From the NCBI GenBank assembly GCA_038087875.1, contig CM075994.1, forward strand, positions 62,001 to 126,000: 64,000 nt of DNA, in the 5' to 3' direction. This document shows, piece after piece, positions 37,977-49,938 of this stretch (its first letter is position 1; the number at the start of each line of letters is the position of its first letter). The notes under the pieces are model-generated. The model worked only from the letters and a program-made list of their open reading frames with translations, was not told the DNA's origin and did not search any database. Source of the DNA: Malacoraja senta. Its lineage: Eukaryota. The translations under genes were made by a program, and so were the position numbers.

Positions 37977-40442
37977 CAGGGGCGGATCTACTATGAAACT
38001 AATGAAGCTTAAGCTTCACGGCCCCTAATCCCAGTGGGGCCCCGGAAGCAACTTTAGTCCAGATATTCTTCCGATTTAAATCGGAATTCCGATTTTTTTG
38101 TTTTCCAAGAAATGAATCTGATTTTTCACCTCGAGCCTCGACTGAACTTCACCTCACACTTAAACCTCAACTCACTAAACCTCGCCTCGACTAAACCTCC
38201 CACCTCACACATAATCTCAACCTCGACTAATCGCCGCCTCTCCCCCGCCCCTGCGGGTCTCTGGCTCGACATCAATGTCCGCGTGCGTGCGCCCCTCCCC
38301 ACCCCTCCCACCGGCTCTCTCGGGCAATACGCCTGCGCCGCTCTCCGCCCCGCCCCCCTGTTGGAGCCGTTCCGCTCACGTGAGGTACCGCCAATGGCCG
38401 GGGGGGGGGGGGCTATAAATAGCGGGAGTAGAAACGAGGCGGCGATTGGTCGAGGCACAGATTGGGTGTGAGGTGAGAGATTTAGTTGTGAGGTGGGAGG
38501 TTTAGTTGTGAGGTGGGAGGTTCAGTTACGTTGAGGTGTGGTTAAGATGTGAGGTGAGGTGTGAGGTTTATTTGAGGGGCGAGGTTTAGTGAGGTACGGT
38601 GTAGTCGAGGCGAGGTTCAGGTGTGAGAACTTTGTCGGTGAGGTATCGGCGAGGGGTTTAGTGAGGCAAGGGGATTAGTCGAGGTGTTGGTGTGTAGTTG
38701 AGGGGAAATGAGCGTAGGTGAGGTGAAGAGAAGTGGGTGTCTGAGCTTTGGAAGGGAGACCGAGGTGTAGCTGAAGGAGACGAGACTACTGCATTCTGTG
38801 GCAGAGAATTCCACAAATTCACAACTCTGGGTGAAAAAGTTTATTCTTATCTCAGTGCTGGGCAAAGAGACATTTCAGGTAACATTTTTTTGGAAAGATT
38901 CTATTAGCTGTATGAGGCCATTTATTGAAACATAAGGTTATTAAGGGTTTGGACACGCTAGAGCAGGGGTCGGCAACCTTGTTCTGCATAGGGGCCGGGA
39001 CGCATGTCTGTGAGCGGATGGCGGGCCATATCTATCACGTCTACACATGGATCCCGCCCCCATCCCGCCCCGGATATCTCCATCTGCAACAACTGCATCT
39101 GAACAAAACCATGCTGACTATCCCTAATCAGCCCTTGTCCATGTAAATGCATGTGTATCCTATCCCTCAGAATACTTTCCAGTAACTTTCCAACTACAGA
39201 TGTTATTTGTGGCCCATGGCTCTTTACTTGTGACCAGAGCCTCAATTTACCTCATCATCCAAAATTCCTTCTGCTCACCTGCCTTGCCCTTAACTCCAAC
39301 AGGAATGTGCAAGCCCTGGACTCCTGTCAGCACACTTATAAAAACATCCCACTTTCCTGACATTCCTTTTCTTTCAAACAACCTACTCCAATCAACTTGA
39401 GCGGGTCCCTCTCTTGTTCGGCATAGAGGCCGGGACGCATGTCTGTGAGCGGATGGCGGGCCACATCTATCACATCTACACATGGATCCCGCCCCGGATA
39501 TCAGGCATCAAATCACGTGTTCACAGAAGGTGGACAAAAATGCTGGAGAAACTCAGCGGGTGAGGCAGCCTCATGCAATCCTTGCATTTCTCACCTGCTG
39601 AGTTTCTCCAGCATTTTTGTCACCTTCAATTTTTCCAGCAACTGCAGTTCTTTCTTAAACATGTTCACAGAAGGAGCGCGACCATGCCAGTGGCTTGCGC
39701 AGGATGCAGTACAGCCAGAGCTCGGCCACTGCTCGGGGCGCTCGGCCGCTGCTCGGGTTGGCCGAATGATTACGGGGATAAACATCCGCTTGCGGGCCGG
39801 ATAATTTTGGTTTATGGGCCGCATTTGGTCCAGGGGCCGTAGATTGTCGACCCCTGTGCTAGGGGAAATGTAGGAGCTCCACCATGAAAATGCAGGAGCT
39901 TCAGGGTGCGTTGACCCGTGATCCGCCACCGGGGCACTTCCCCTGGTCCATGCCGGGGGCCTAGCCAGCCTCCTGGACCCCCGGCAAATACTTCCTATTC
40001 TGGAGGTGAATATCATGCTCAGTCCACATTACCTAAAAGTGTTGGGTCTACTGTATGAGAAAAAATAATAATATTTTATTAAAATATTAAAAATATCTTA
40101 AAAAAATATTTTAAAATATTTTTTAAAAATAATAATATTAATAATAGTGTCATTCAATACAAAATAATAGTTAAAGTAAAAATTTAAAGGTTATTAAAGT
40201 ATCATGTAGGCTAGCCGTAAATGAAAAAAACATTCAAATTAAGGATGTTTCATTCTAAATGTAATATCAAATAATTATTAATAATTGAAAACACTATTAA
40301 CACTTATGACAGAAATTAAAATTTGTGGTGATCTGTTGTGGAACATCCCATTGAAGTGGTTACCCAGACCTCATTGCTGGTTGCGAAGAGGCCCCCATAA
40401 CAGTTCAAGCTTCAGGGCCCCAAAAATGTAGGTCCGCCACTG
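37977..40442. mobile_element. hAT-family non-autonomous element inserted in a CR1 3' end
   Basis: TIRs CAGGGGCGGATCTA / TAGGTCCGCCACTG with a perfect 8-bp TSD GTGCTGAG (37969-37976 and 40443-40450). The CR1 resumes after the TSD. Confidence 0.9.
38964..39856. mobile_element. hAT-Charlie-like MITE nested in the larger hAT
   Basis: TIRs CAGGGGTCGGCAA / TTGTCGACCCCTG with degenerate 8-bp flanks CGCTAGAG / TGCTAGGG. Confidence 0.75.
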
Positions 40443-41556
40443 GTGCTGAGTCTCTTGCCCAAAGAGGGTGAATCGAGGACCAGTGGACATGGGTTTAAGG
40501 TGAAGGGAAAAAGATTTAATAGGAATCTGAGGGGTAACATTTTCACGCAAAGGGCGGTGGGTGGGTGGAACAAGCTGCCAGAGGTTACAGTTGAGGAAGG
40601 ATTTATCCCAACTTTTAAGAAGCAGTTAGATAGGTACAAGTTTGGAGCGATATGGGCAAACGCCTGCTCCAAAATAGGAATTCAACAGAAACACACGAAA
40701 ACAGCCAGATTGTTAACGCAACAACATTTGTGAAACCACTGTAAGAAGGGCGTTAAACTCACTTTTCCTTACCCTCGGGGGTGAAATTCTATTACGTTTT
40801 GCATTTGTTAAACGCTGAATCATTAAAGATAGATGATGAAAGCCGTTTACATAATTCACACTGCGACTTCAGATTCCCAAACAACAAAACTCACCACGAT
40901 ATTTGTTCACCAGATTCGATGCCTCTGGAGTCTTGGTCGCTGCTGACCTTTACACCGGGTTGTCCAGCTCGCTGGCGAGGAAGTCTAGTCCGTGAGATCG
41001 AGTTGGACGGGTGTCCGGCCAGTAAAAGCAGATCGCTACTTGAAATATCCAGCCACTCGGCGACAGGAGACGGACGGCTACTCTGATGTGAAGTTTATCC
41101 AGATACCAGAACCCAGCGTCTCCGCTCGGCGACACAGCGGTAGAGTTGCTGCCTTGCAGGGCCAGAGACCCGCGGGTATGGGTGCTCGTCTGCACGGCCG
41201 GGTTCAATCCTGACTATGGTTGGTCTTCTGGACGGAGCATTTACACTTGGTGTGAATGTGAATTGTCCCGTGTGTCCGTGTGGGCGCGGAGACGGCTTCA
41301 GCAAAGCAATCCTAGTCCCACCACCTTAAAAAACAAACGTCCTTTAATTTCTCCTGAGAAATGAGCCCCACTCCTCGACAATGTGAACCCTCCGGCCATG
41401 TTTTAAGAGGTGGTGGACATTCACCCCCCCCCAAGGATTTGTCATCCGGATTTTAAAATCTCCGCTTTCCGCGAGACAGTGGAGGTGGGATTGCTGATCG
41501 AGGGCGCTGATTGGACGAGAGAGACGTCGGTCAGCAGGGACATGATGATTCAGCGC

Positions 41557-41811
41557 GATGATTGGAGGAGGGAGGAGTGGGGGTGGGACTGAGGATAGAG
41601 CGCGGTGATTGGAGGAGGGAGGAGTGGGGAGGGGTGGGACTGAGGATAGAGCACGGTGATTGGAGGAGGGAGGAGTGGGGGTGGGATTGAGGATAGAGCA
41701 TGGTGATTGGAGGAGGGAGGAGTGGGGGTGGGACTGAGGATAGAGCACGGTGATTGGAGGAGGGAGGAGTGGGGGTGGGACTGAGGATAGACGCGGTGAT
41801 TGGAGGAGGGA
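41557..41811. repeat. 47-bp G-rich minisatellite (~5.3 units)
   Basis: GATTGGAGGAGGG recurs at 41560, 41607, 41658, 41705, 41752 and 41798. Confidence 0.9.
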
Positions 41812-41974
41812 GACGTGGCACAGACCTGTAGGTACGTTACAAAACTTACCTTCAGCAGCGCTGCAGTTCTGCCACTGGCCGTGTGCGGGACTTTGGCGCC
41901 TTTGAGGGAGGGGGGGAGGGGGTTAAAATGCGGTTGTCTACTTTGACTGCTTTGGTGCCACCTCCTGCACCCAC

Positions 41975-43216
41975 ACACAACTGACTGACTTCATCCACTT
42001 CACCACCAACTTCCATCCGGCACTCAAATACACCTGGACCATTTCCGACACTTCCCTACCATTCCTTGACCTCACTATCTCCATCGCAGGTGATAGACTT
42101 CTGACCGACATTCATTATAAACCTACTGACTCCCATGGATGTCTGGACTACACTTCTTCCCACCCTGCTTCCTGTAAGGACTCCATCCCCCACTCCCAAT
42201 TCCTCCGTCTACGCCGCATCTGCTCCCAGGATGAGGCGTTCCACACCATGGCATCTGAAATGTCCTCATTCTTCAGGGAACGGGGGTTCCCCTCCTCCAC
42301 CATAGATGAGGCTCGCACCAGGATCTCTTCCATATCACGCAACAATGCTCTCTCTCCCCATCCCCCCACTCGCAACAAGGGCAGAGTCCCCCTAGTCCTC
42401 ACCTTTCACCCCACCAGCCGTCACATACAAGTAATCTTCCGTCAGTTTCGCCACCTCCAACGTGACCCCACCACTCGCCACATCTTCCCATCTCCCCCCA
42501 TGTCTGCCTTCCGCAAAGACCGCTCCCTCCGTAACTCCCTTGTCAATTCTTCCCTTCCCTCCCGTACTACCCCCTCCGCGGGCACTTTCCCTTGCAACCG
42601 CAAGAGATGCTACACTTGTCCCTTTACCTCCCCACTCGACTTCATTCAAGGACCCATGCTGTCGTTCCAGATGCGACAGAGGTTCACTTGCATCTCCTCC
42701 AACCTCATCTATTGCATCCGCTGCTCTAGATGTCAGCTGATCTACATCGGTGAGACCAAGCGGAGGCTTGGCGATCGTTTCGCCGAATACCTCTGCTCGG
42801 TCCGCAATATCCAACCTGACCTGACAAGGCTCAACACTTCAACTCCCCCTCCCATTCCGTATCCGACCTCTCTGTCCTGGGTCTCCTCCATGGCCAGAGC
42901 GAGCAACACCGGAAATAGGAGGAACAGCACCTCATATTCTGCTTGGGGAGTCTGCATCCTGGGGGCATGAACATTGAATTCTCCCTATTTTGTTAGCCCC
43001 TGCTGTCTCCTCCCCTTCCTATCTCTCCCTCAGCCCTCAGGCTCCTCATTGTTCCTTTCTTCTCCCTGCCCCCCACCCCCTATCAGTCTGAAGAAGGGTT
43101 TCGGACCGAAATGTTGCCTATTTCCTTCGCTCCACAGATGCTGCTGCACCCGCTGAGTTTCTCCAGCATTTTTGTGTACTTTCGATTTTCCAGCATCTGC
43201 AGTTCCTTCTTAAACA
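41975..43216 (+). mobile_element. Penelope-like element: RT thumb, GIY-YIG endonuclease and terminal repeat
   Basis: FLDLTI and YKPTD motifs precede ORF 42248-42970 (LIYCIRCSRCQLIYIGETKRRLGDRF); hammerhead-like motif at ~43088-43114. Confidence 0.92.
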
Positions 43217-43311
43217 TAGAGCAGAATGAGATGCGCCACTGAGCGAAAAAAGCGTAGTATGACGTGTGTGATTGTCGACGCCATTTTACAGGACAGCCCC
43301 CACACTGTCAT

Positions 43312-44380
43312 ACATAGAAACATAGAAACATAGAAAATAGGTGCAGGAGTAGGCCATTCGGCCCTTCGAGCCAGCACTGCCATTCAATATGATCATGGCT
43401 GATCATCCAACTCAGTATCCTGTACCTGCCTTCTCTCCATACCCCCTGATTCCTTTAGCCACAAGGGCCACATCTAACTCCCTCTTAAATATAGCCAATG
43501 AACTGGCCTCAACTGCCTTCTGTGGCAGAGAATTCCACAGATTCACCACTCTCTGTGTGAAATTTTTCCTTCTCATCTCGGTCCTAAAAGATTTCCCCCT
43601 TATCCTTAAACAGTGACCCCTTGTTCTGGACTTCCCCAACATCGGGAACAATCTTCCTGCATCTAGCCTGTCCAACCCCTTAAGAATTTTGTAAGTTTCT
43701 ATAAGATCCCCCTCAATCTTCTAAATTATAGCGTGTACAAGCCGAGTCTATCCAGTCTTTCTTCATATGAAAGTCCTGACATCCCAGGAATCAGTCTGGT
43801 GAACCTTCTCTGTACTCCCTCTATGGCAAGAATGTCTTTCCTCAGATTTGGAGACCAAAACTGTACGCAATACTCCAGGTGTGGTCTCACCAAGACCCTG
43901 TACAACTGCAGTAGAACCTCCCTGCTCCTATACTCAATTCCTTTTGCTATGAATGCTAACATACCATTCGCTTTCTTCACTGCCTGCTGCACCTGCATGC
44001 CTACTTTCAATGACTGGTGTACCATGACACCCAGGTCTCGTTGCATCTCCCCTTTTCCTAATCGGCCAACATTCAGATAATAGTCTACCTTCCTGTTTTT
44101 GCCACCAAAGTGGATAACCTCACATTTATCCACATTATACTGCATCTGCCATGCATTTGCCCACTCACCCAGCCTATCCAAGTCACCTTGCAGCATCCTA
44201 GCATCCTCCTCACAGCTAACACTGCCCCCCAGCTTCGTGTCATCCGCAAACTTGGAGATGTTGCATTCAATTCCCTCGTCCAAATCATTAATATATATTG
44301 TAAATAGCTGGGGTCCCAGCACTGAGCCTTGCGGTACCCCACTAGTCACTGCCTGCCATTCTGAAAAGGACCCGTTTACT
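43312..44380 (-). mobile_element. Young CR1/HER1-like LINE 3' end
   Basis: 207-aa uninterrupted RT stretch at 43726-44349; (CATAGAAA)3 tail at 43313-43336. Confidence 0.93.
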
Positions 44381-44392
44381 ACTCTTTACGTC

Positions 44393-45627
44393 ATGACGTC
44401 CACATCTACAGCTCGGTGTAAATTTCTCTAATCGCCGTTGTTGACAACTCAACCTGTCTTTCTTCATGTTCCCCAAGAACAAAGAAAGGTGAGGAAATAT
44501 TATTGTTTTCTGTCGACATTATTCTGTCCTGAAAATGTTATTTTGTGTTCCCCTATCAACACTCATTGGGAAACTAGGGTTGTTGGTACATTAGAAAGTT
44601 ACTAGATTTTTTTTTAATAGATCTAAACTTACCACAATAATATAGTCAGCAATTTTTGTTCTTCTGTACATTTGTGTTGTTGTTTCTGTACGGCAGGAGT
44701 CTCCAAAATATGGTCCGTAGGGAGAGAGGGATAGAGAGAAGGGACAGAGAGAGATGGGGAGAGAGACACATCAGGCCCATCACGAGATTTTAACCTCAGA
44801 TTCGAGTCGCGGAGTGCGGCGGCCCGGGGCTGCCCTCAGTGTTGTCACCGATTATATCCCTCGAATTGTCAGAGCTGAGACATCACTGGGCCGCCGTGAA
44901 GAAGGGTGCAATGGTGCGGTGCGGGGTTCGGCGGCGGTCAGAATGGGACGCTGTGCGTTATTATCTCTCTCCCCATCTCTCTCTGCCCTTCTCTCTCTCT
45001 CTCTCCCTCTCTCCCTGTCTCTCTCTGCCCCTTCTCTCTCTCTCTCTCCTCTCTCCCTGTCTCTCTCTATCTCGGTCTCTGCCCCATCTGCCTTTCTCTC
45101 TCTTCCTCCCCTCTCTCTCTGTCTGTCTCTGCCCGAGAGTTGGCAGCCCTGCTAGTGTCTGAGGTCCAAAAGAGGATAGAAAGAAAATACTTTAAATGGT
45201 CTACATAAGAAGTTTTAAATAAGCTCTTCTACATTGAAGGTAAATTGACATATTAGTGGCAAAATGTTCAATATACAGGTCTCTCCCCACAACTGAACAA
45301 TTGCACTTAAGTGATATATCATCCATTCTGCAGATATGTAGTTATAACTACATTTTTCTCCTTCTTAGTTAATCCTATATGAGATTTGCTGTAATTTCAG
45401 ATGTCGACAGCGGGTCCAGAATACTCGTCGACAAAATCTCCTCCACCAAACTCTGGTGTACTTGTCAACCACCTGCCGTCTTTGTTCTGAACACTGAACT
45501 TGACTGGTTTTCCAACAGGCAGACCAATAATAGGCTAAATTGCAAAGCCGTTCCAACGCTATTTGACATCCCGAACACGCCGAAACGTCTGTTTTCCCAA
45601 CGCCGGTTACTCAAGAGGAAGAATTAG
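44393..45627 (+). pseudogene. Two-exon THAP-domain relic, probably from a DNA transposon
   Basis: Exon 1 (44393-44488) ends LSFFMFPKNKE-R|gtgag. Exon 2 (45401-45627) reads CRQRVQNTRR...CRLCSEH/.../AVPTLFDIP. The phase-2 junction is consistent, but both exons are frameshifted. Confidence 0.75.
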
Positions 45628-45821
45628 AACCTCCCGTTACCCACACAAAATTGTGCAAATGACGATTTATTTATTATTGTATATAAGTTGGAAATTTTGT
45701 TCTTTGGGGTAAGCAAGGGGTGGGGCTATCATTGTCTGAAATATGTTGAATTTTACATCACTTTCAAAACACTGCACCCCCCTGTATATGTTGTGCTCAA
45801 AATGATGTGAATTTCAAGAAG

Positions 45822-46598
45822 CTACCATAGCACATTCTTTTGTTTTTTGTACAAAAATCCAAAAATTCTGGTTTGAAATATTTGATATTTTTTCAAAATT
45901 AATCAAAATAAAACTGGTACCAAAACCAGAATGGATTATTTTTGGAATATCGGAAGGTATTCCTGAATTAAACGTGTATCAGAAGAATTTACTCAATTAT
46001 GGGCTAATAATGGGAAAAAAGCTTATACTTAAATTCTGGAAAAATGCGCCCACACCAACAATAAAAATGTGGACATCAAATATGTTGGAAACATTACATC
46101 TGGAAGAGATGAGATTCGTCCTAGTAGGCAAAGTAGACCAATTTCAAAAGACGTGGTCTACGTTTTTGGACCTATTACAAGCATGAGGTGCAATAGTAAT
46201 TTAGAAAAACAAATAAATAAATAAAAGGTATCTGGACCTGGTAATGGGAGGTAAAACAAAAACAGACTTGGTTGGTAGTTCCTTCTCTATGAAGTATGTT
46301 ATAAGAGTTATAATAGAGCGATTGTTCCTTCTTTCTTTCTCTTTCTTTTCTAGGGTCTATTTTCTAACTTTACTTCCTTCTCTAACTTCTTTTCTAAGGG
46401 GCTTTCTTTTCCCAACACTCTTTTGCACTTCACAACCTTTGCGCACTTTCTTCACTTTTCTTACTTCTTTCTTTTTCTTTCTTAAAGTTTAAAAAAGTGA
46501 AGCGGTACAAAAAATGTATTAATATATACGTGTTGTACATTACTGTAATCTACCGTACTTCTATTAAAAAAATTATTTAAAATTTTTTTTAAAAAAAA
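45822..46598 (+). mobile_element. L1-clade LINE 3' end
   Basis: Peptide GKKLILKFWKNAPTPTIKMW..., paralogous to 50090-50948; pyrimidine-rich UTR and A-tail. Confidence 0.85.
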
Positions 46599-46929
46599 AT
46601 GATGTGAATTATGTAAATATTACCATAAATGACGGAATTAAAAAGTGTTTTCCTTGTTTATAAAGTTCAATTTAGAGTTATTTGAAATTGTGGGGGTTGG
46701 TGCAATATACGGCTGACCCACATATGTATCGTTATGAGACATTCACATTTTAAAAATCCATGTCTCAAAAAAAAGCAAGAAGGTCCCCATATTATTTGAC
46801 CAACTTATCGACTGAATTTAAATATGTAGGTATATATGCACTACATTGTGTTACACTAATATAGAATGAAAGAATGGAAAAATATTTCGACATTGTGTTC
46901 ATGGATATTTTATTCACAATATTAGGATT

Positions 46930-47115
46930 TCGTATATATTTTATATATATATATGTGTGTGTGTGTGTATATATATGTGTATACATACAAATATGTATGT
47001 GTATATATATATGTGTATACACATATATTGTAATATATATTGTGATATATATATATATATATATATATATTTTGTATATATATATATAGTGTGATATATA
47101 TATATATGTATATAG
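46930..47115. repeat. (TA)n/(TG)n compound microsatellite
   Basis: Direct inspection. Confidence 0.95.
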
Positions 47116-47118
47116 TGC

Positions 47119-47483
47119 GGGGCTGGTCCCGACATCGCGCGGGACTCCAAAAATCTTGCACTGTCCGAAAATCCCGCGTGCCAACGGCCTGTCGGCCTGC
47201 AGGCGCATTGAAGGCGTACGCAGCGTCTCGACGGGCATACGCAGCATCTTGACGGGCGTATGCAGCGTCTTGACGCCGTATGCAGCGTCTTGATGTCGTA
47301 AGCAGCATCTTGACGCCGTACGCCTAGCGCGTGGCGTTGTGCGATGACGTCACCGCCCGGCGTGCCAACTCTCTACGCCTCCGCGCTTCGAAGTGGGACC
47401 GGCCCCGCGAGGCCGTTTGCCTCAAGCGACCACGTTTGGTCGCGCTAGACGCATGCAATCGCATGCTGGTGGGACAGGCCCTT
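47119..47483. mobile_element. Harbinger-like MITE with internal 21-bp tandem repeat
   Basis: GGGCTGGTCCC ... GTGGGACAGGCCCT-TAA termini; GCAGCGTCTTGACG.. units at ~47215-47322. Confidence 0.6.
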
Positions 47484-49938
47484 AACTTGCCTCTCACACG
47501 CAGGCACACACAAACACACATTCATATCAATATATATATATAAGTTAAATTTAATTTTGTGCACAGGGTGTGTTAAAGCAATACAAGGGAAGCTGCACAA
47601 TACAATGCAAGGGAAACTACGCACAGGTGGGGGCTGGGGAGTAAAGATGGGAGGGAAATGGGGGAACGGGGGAAAACATTTACAATAAAATTAACTAAAA
47701 TATGTGATGTGATAGATGCGCTATATCAAACACTGTTCCCTACAACACTGATTACACCAAGGATGATAGAGCGGAGGGCACAGCGGGAGGCATACCGGAA
47801 GTCGTGTTTGGCATAAACAAATGGAGGCCGTGACGTTCCGTTACGTACTACACGTCAGTCCATTGGATTTCAGAGGAGTGGTTTATCTTGCTCCTCTATA
47901 ATCTCTGCTTCTAATGCCGTGAACGGCGACAACGGGGACGGATTTCAGGTACAGGACAGCTAAAGGAAAGCCGTTTATTTTACATATAAACGTGCTTTTT
48001 AGGATTACCTTAATCCATATTATACGTTGCGAAAAGGTGATTTAGGCCCCATACGAACCAGCAGTGTTTTTCCTGCCAATATGGGGTTTAAATTCACTGC
48101 AACCGCAACGTTCCAAACGATCGCGTTCCACAAAATCCCACTCGCAAGATGATTTAAATGGCCATTAATTTATGGGAATTAAACACTAAATTCCTTCCAT
48201 TTGGCCTATAAATTAATGACAATGAGATTTAAAAATCATGTTATATTGTGAATTCTTGTGTGAATGTTATTTGGACACTTAGGCTATTTAAAAATGTTAA
48301 TCTTTTCTTAAGAAATGGATAGATGTTTAGATCTAGTAATTGAATTTTGTAATTAGCTACAATTGGGTAACTAACTAATTATATGCTTTAATTTCAGGTC
48401 ATCCAAGTAACATTGTTTCATATTTGTTTCAGAATGCTTCAATCTATAATAATTGAAATTGTCCTTCAGTTCTCTTAATTTTTAAGAAAGTTATGGGCTT
48501 TTGACTGTCCTCGATCACAGCTTTTGTGTTAAGATTTTGGAAGAGCAATAGGGAACAATATGCTAATTTCCGAGTATGAAAATGGCCATAACATTTTTAA
48601 TACTGAAGATATGAAAGTGAATTAGGTGTCAAATTAAACGTTTTATGCTTTATCTGATGGGATAAATTGCAGACTTGATTTTTTAAATCTCAAAATTTTG
48701 TAACATTGGTAAGACCTGCGCCTCGTCCGCAGCCAGGATCGATCCCGGCCGGCTCTCCGGCGCTGTCCCATCCGGCTCTCCGTGCTGTCCCGTCCCCACC
48801 CGAGTGCCCCCCCCCCCCACGGGTGGCCAGAGAGGTCGGGAGTCAGATGGGAGCTGTACCCCCAGGCCCACAGCCAGCACAGAGAAGCCGCGCTAAACCC
48901 AGCTCAACTCTGCCTGTCCCGCCAGGTTAACCTACCTGGGCTTGCGGGAAATATGGCCAGCGCGGAGAAGCAGCGCTGGTGTCCTGTCAGTCCAGGCAGG
49001 GCTGTAGGTTAACCCGGCGAGACAGGCATAGTTGAGCTGCATTTAACGCTGGATTGAGCCTCCGAAGCCTCGCATGTGTGTGTGTGTGTGAGTGTGCGCA
49101 AGCGCGCGTGGCCTCCAAAAAATTGTGTCCCCCCTGTCCCCCGGTCCCCTCCATATTTTGATAGCGATTTCCGGGTAGGGGGAGGATGAGGTCGGCATGT
49201 CGGTGCAGCGCGGTCAGTGACTCTGGGTGGGTGGAGGAAGCAGACCGTCCCCAACTTTGCTGCAGCTGACATTGCCCGGTGCCGTGGCCCCGCTTCACCC
49301 AGCCCCGCTCCCGGCCCCGCGCCACTCGGCCCCGTGTGTGGGCGCTACCGACCCACAGCCCCAGACAGTGCGGCCCACAGGGGGAGACAGCGGAGGGCGG
49401 CCGTGGCCGGTCAGCGCTGACCCCGGGGGGAGGGGGGAGAGTGGGGGCTGTCCCGAGGGATGCGCTCCTTCTGCCGCTTACACCTTGGTGCTTGGGTTCA
49501 GAGCAAAGATACTAGAGCATTTGGTTCAGAGCGCTTAGTCACCCCAAAAAATAACCCCACAATATTGCAATCAAATTGCTCTGACTTTGAGTTCGCTTTA
49601 TTTAGCAAAGGCTTATCATGGTGGTGCTGTCTCTCTGGACACGACAATGAATGCGGCTATTAGTCGCGGATTGTAAAAGACGCTACACCATGAGATAACA
49701 CCAGTTTAAACTTGATACCTTCCTGCTTTCAATGACCGCACCCACAATTATTTACAGTGCAAAAAATGATCGTTTTGGCGGTTTTTAACAGGAAAGAAAG
49801 TACGCGTTTCATGTGTTAACAGTGTGTACGAGGCCGCCATGTCCTCCACATGGATTGAGCTGCTCCGTGCGTCACGCCCTTTGACCCGATGACCTTACGT
49901 GCAACCCCCCTATAGGACATTGGTGAGGCTGCATTTTA

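Noticed and set aside
46792..47308. Tyr/Ile-rich ORFs
   Set aside because: These are translations of the (TA)n/(TG)n microsatellite.
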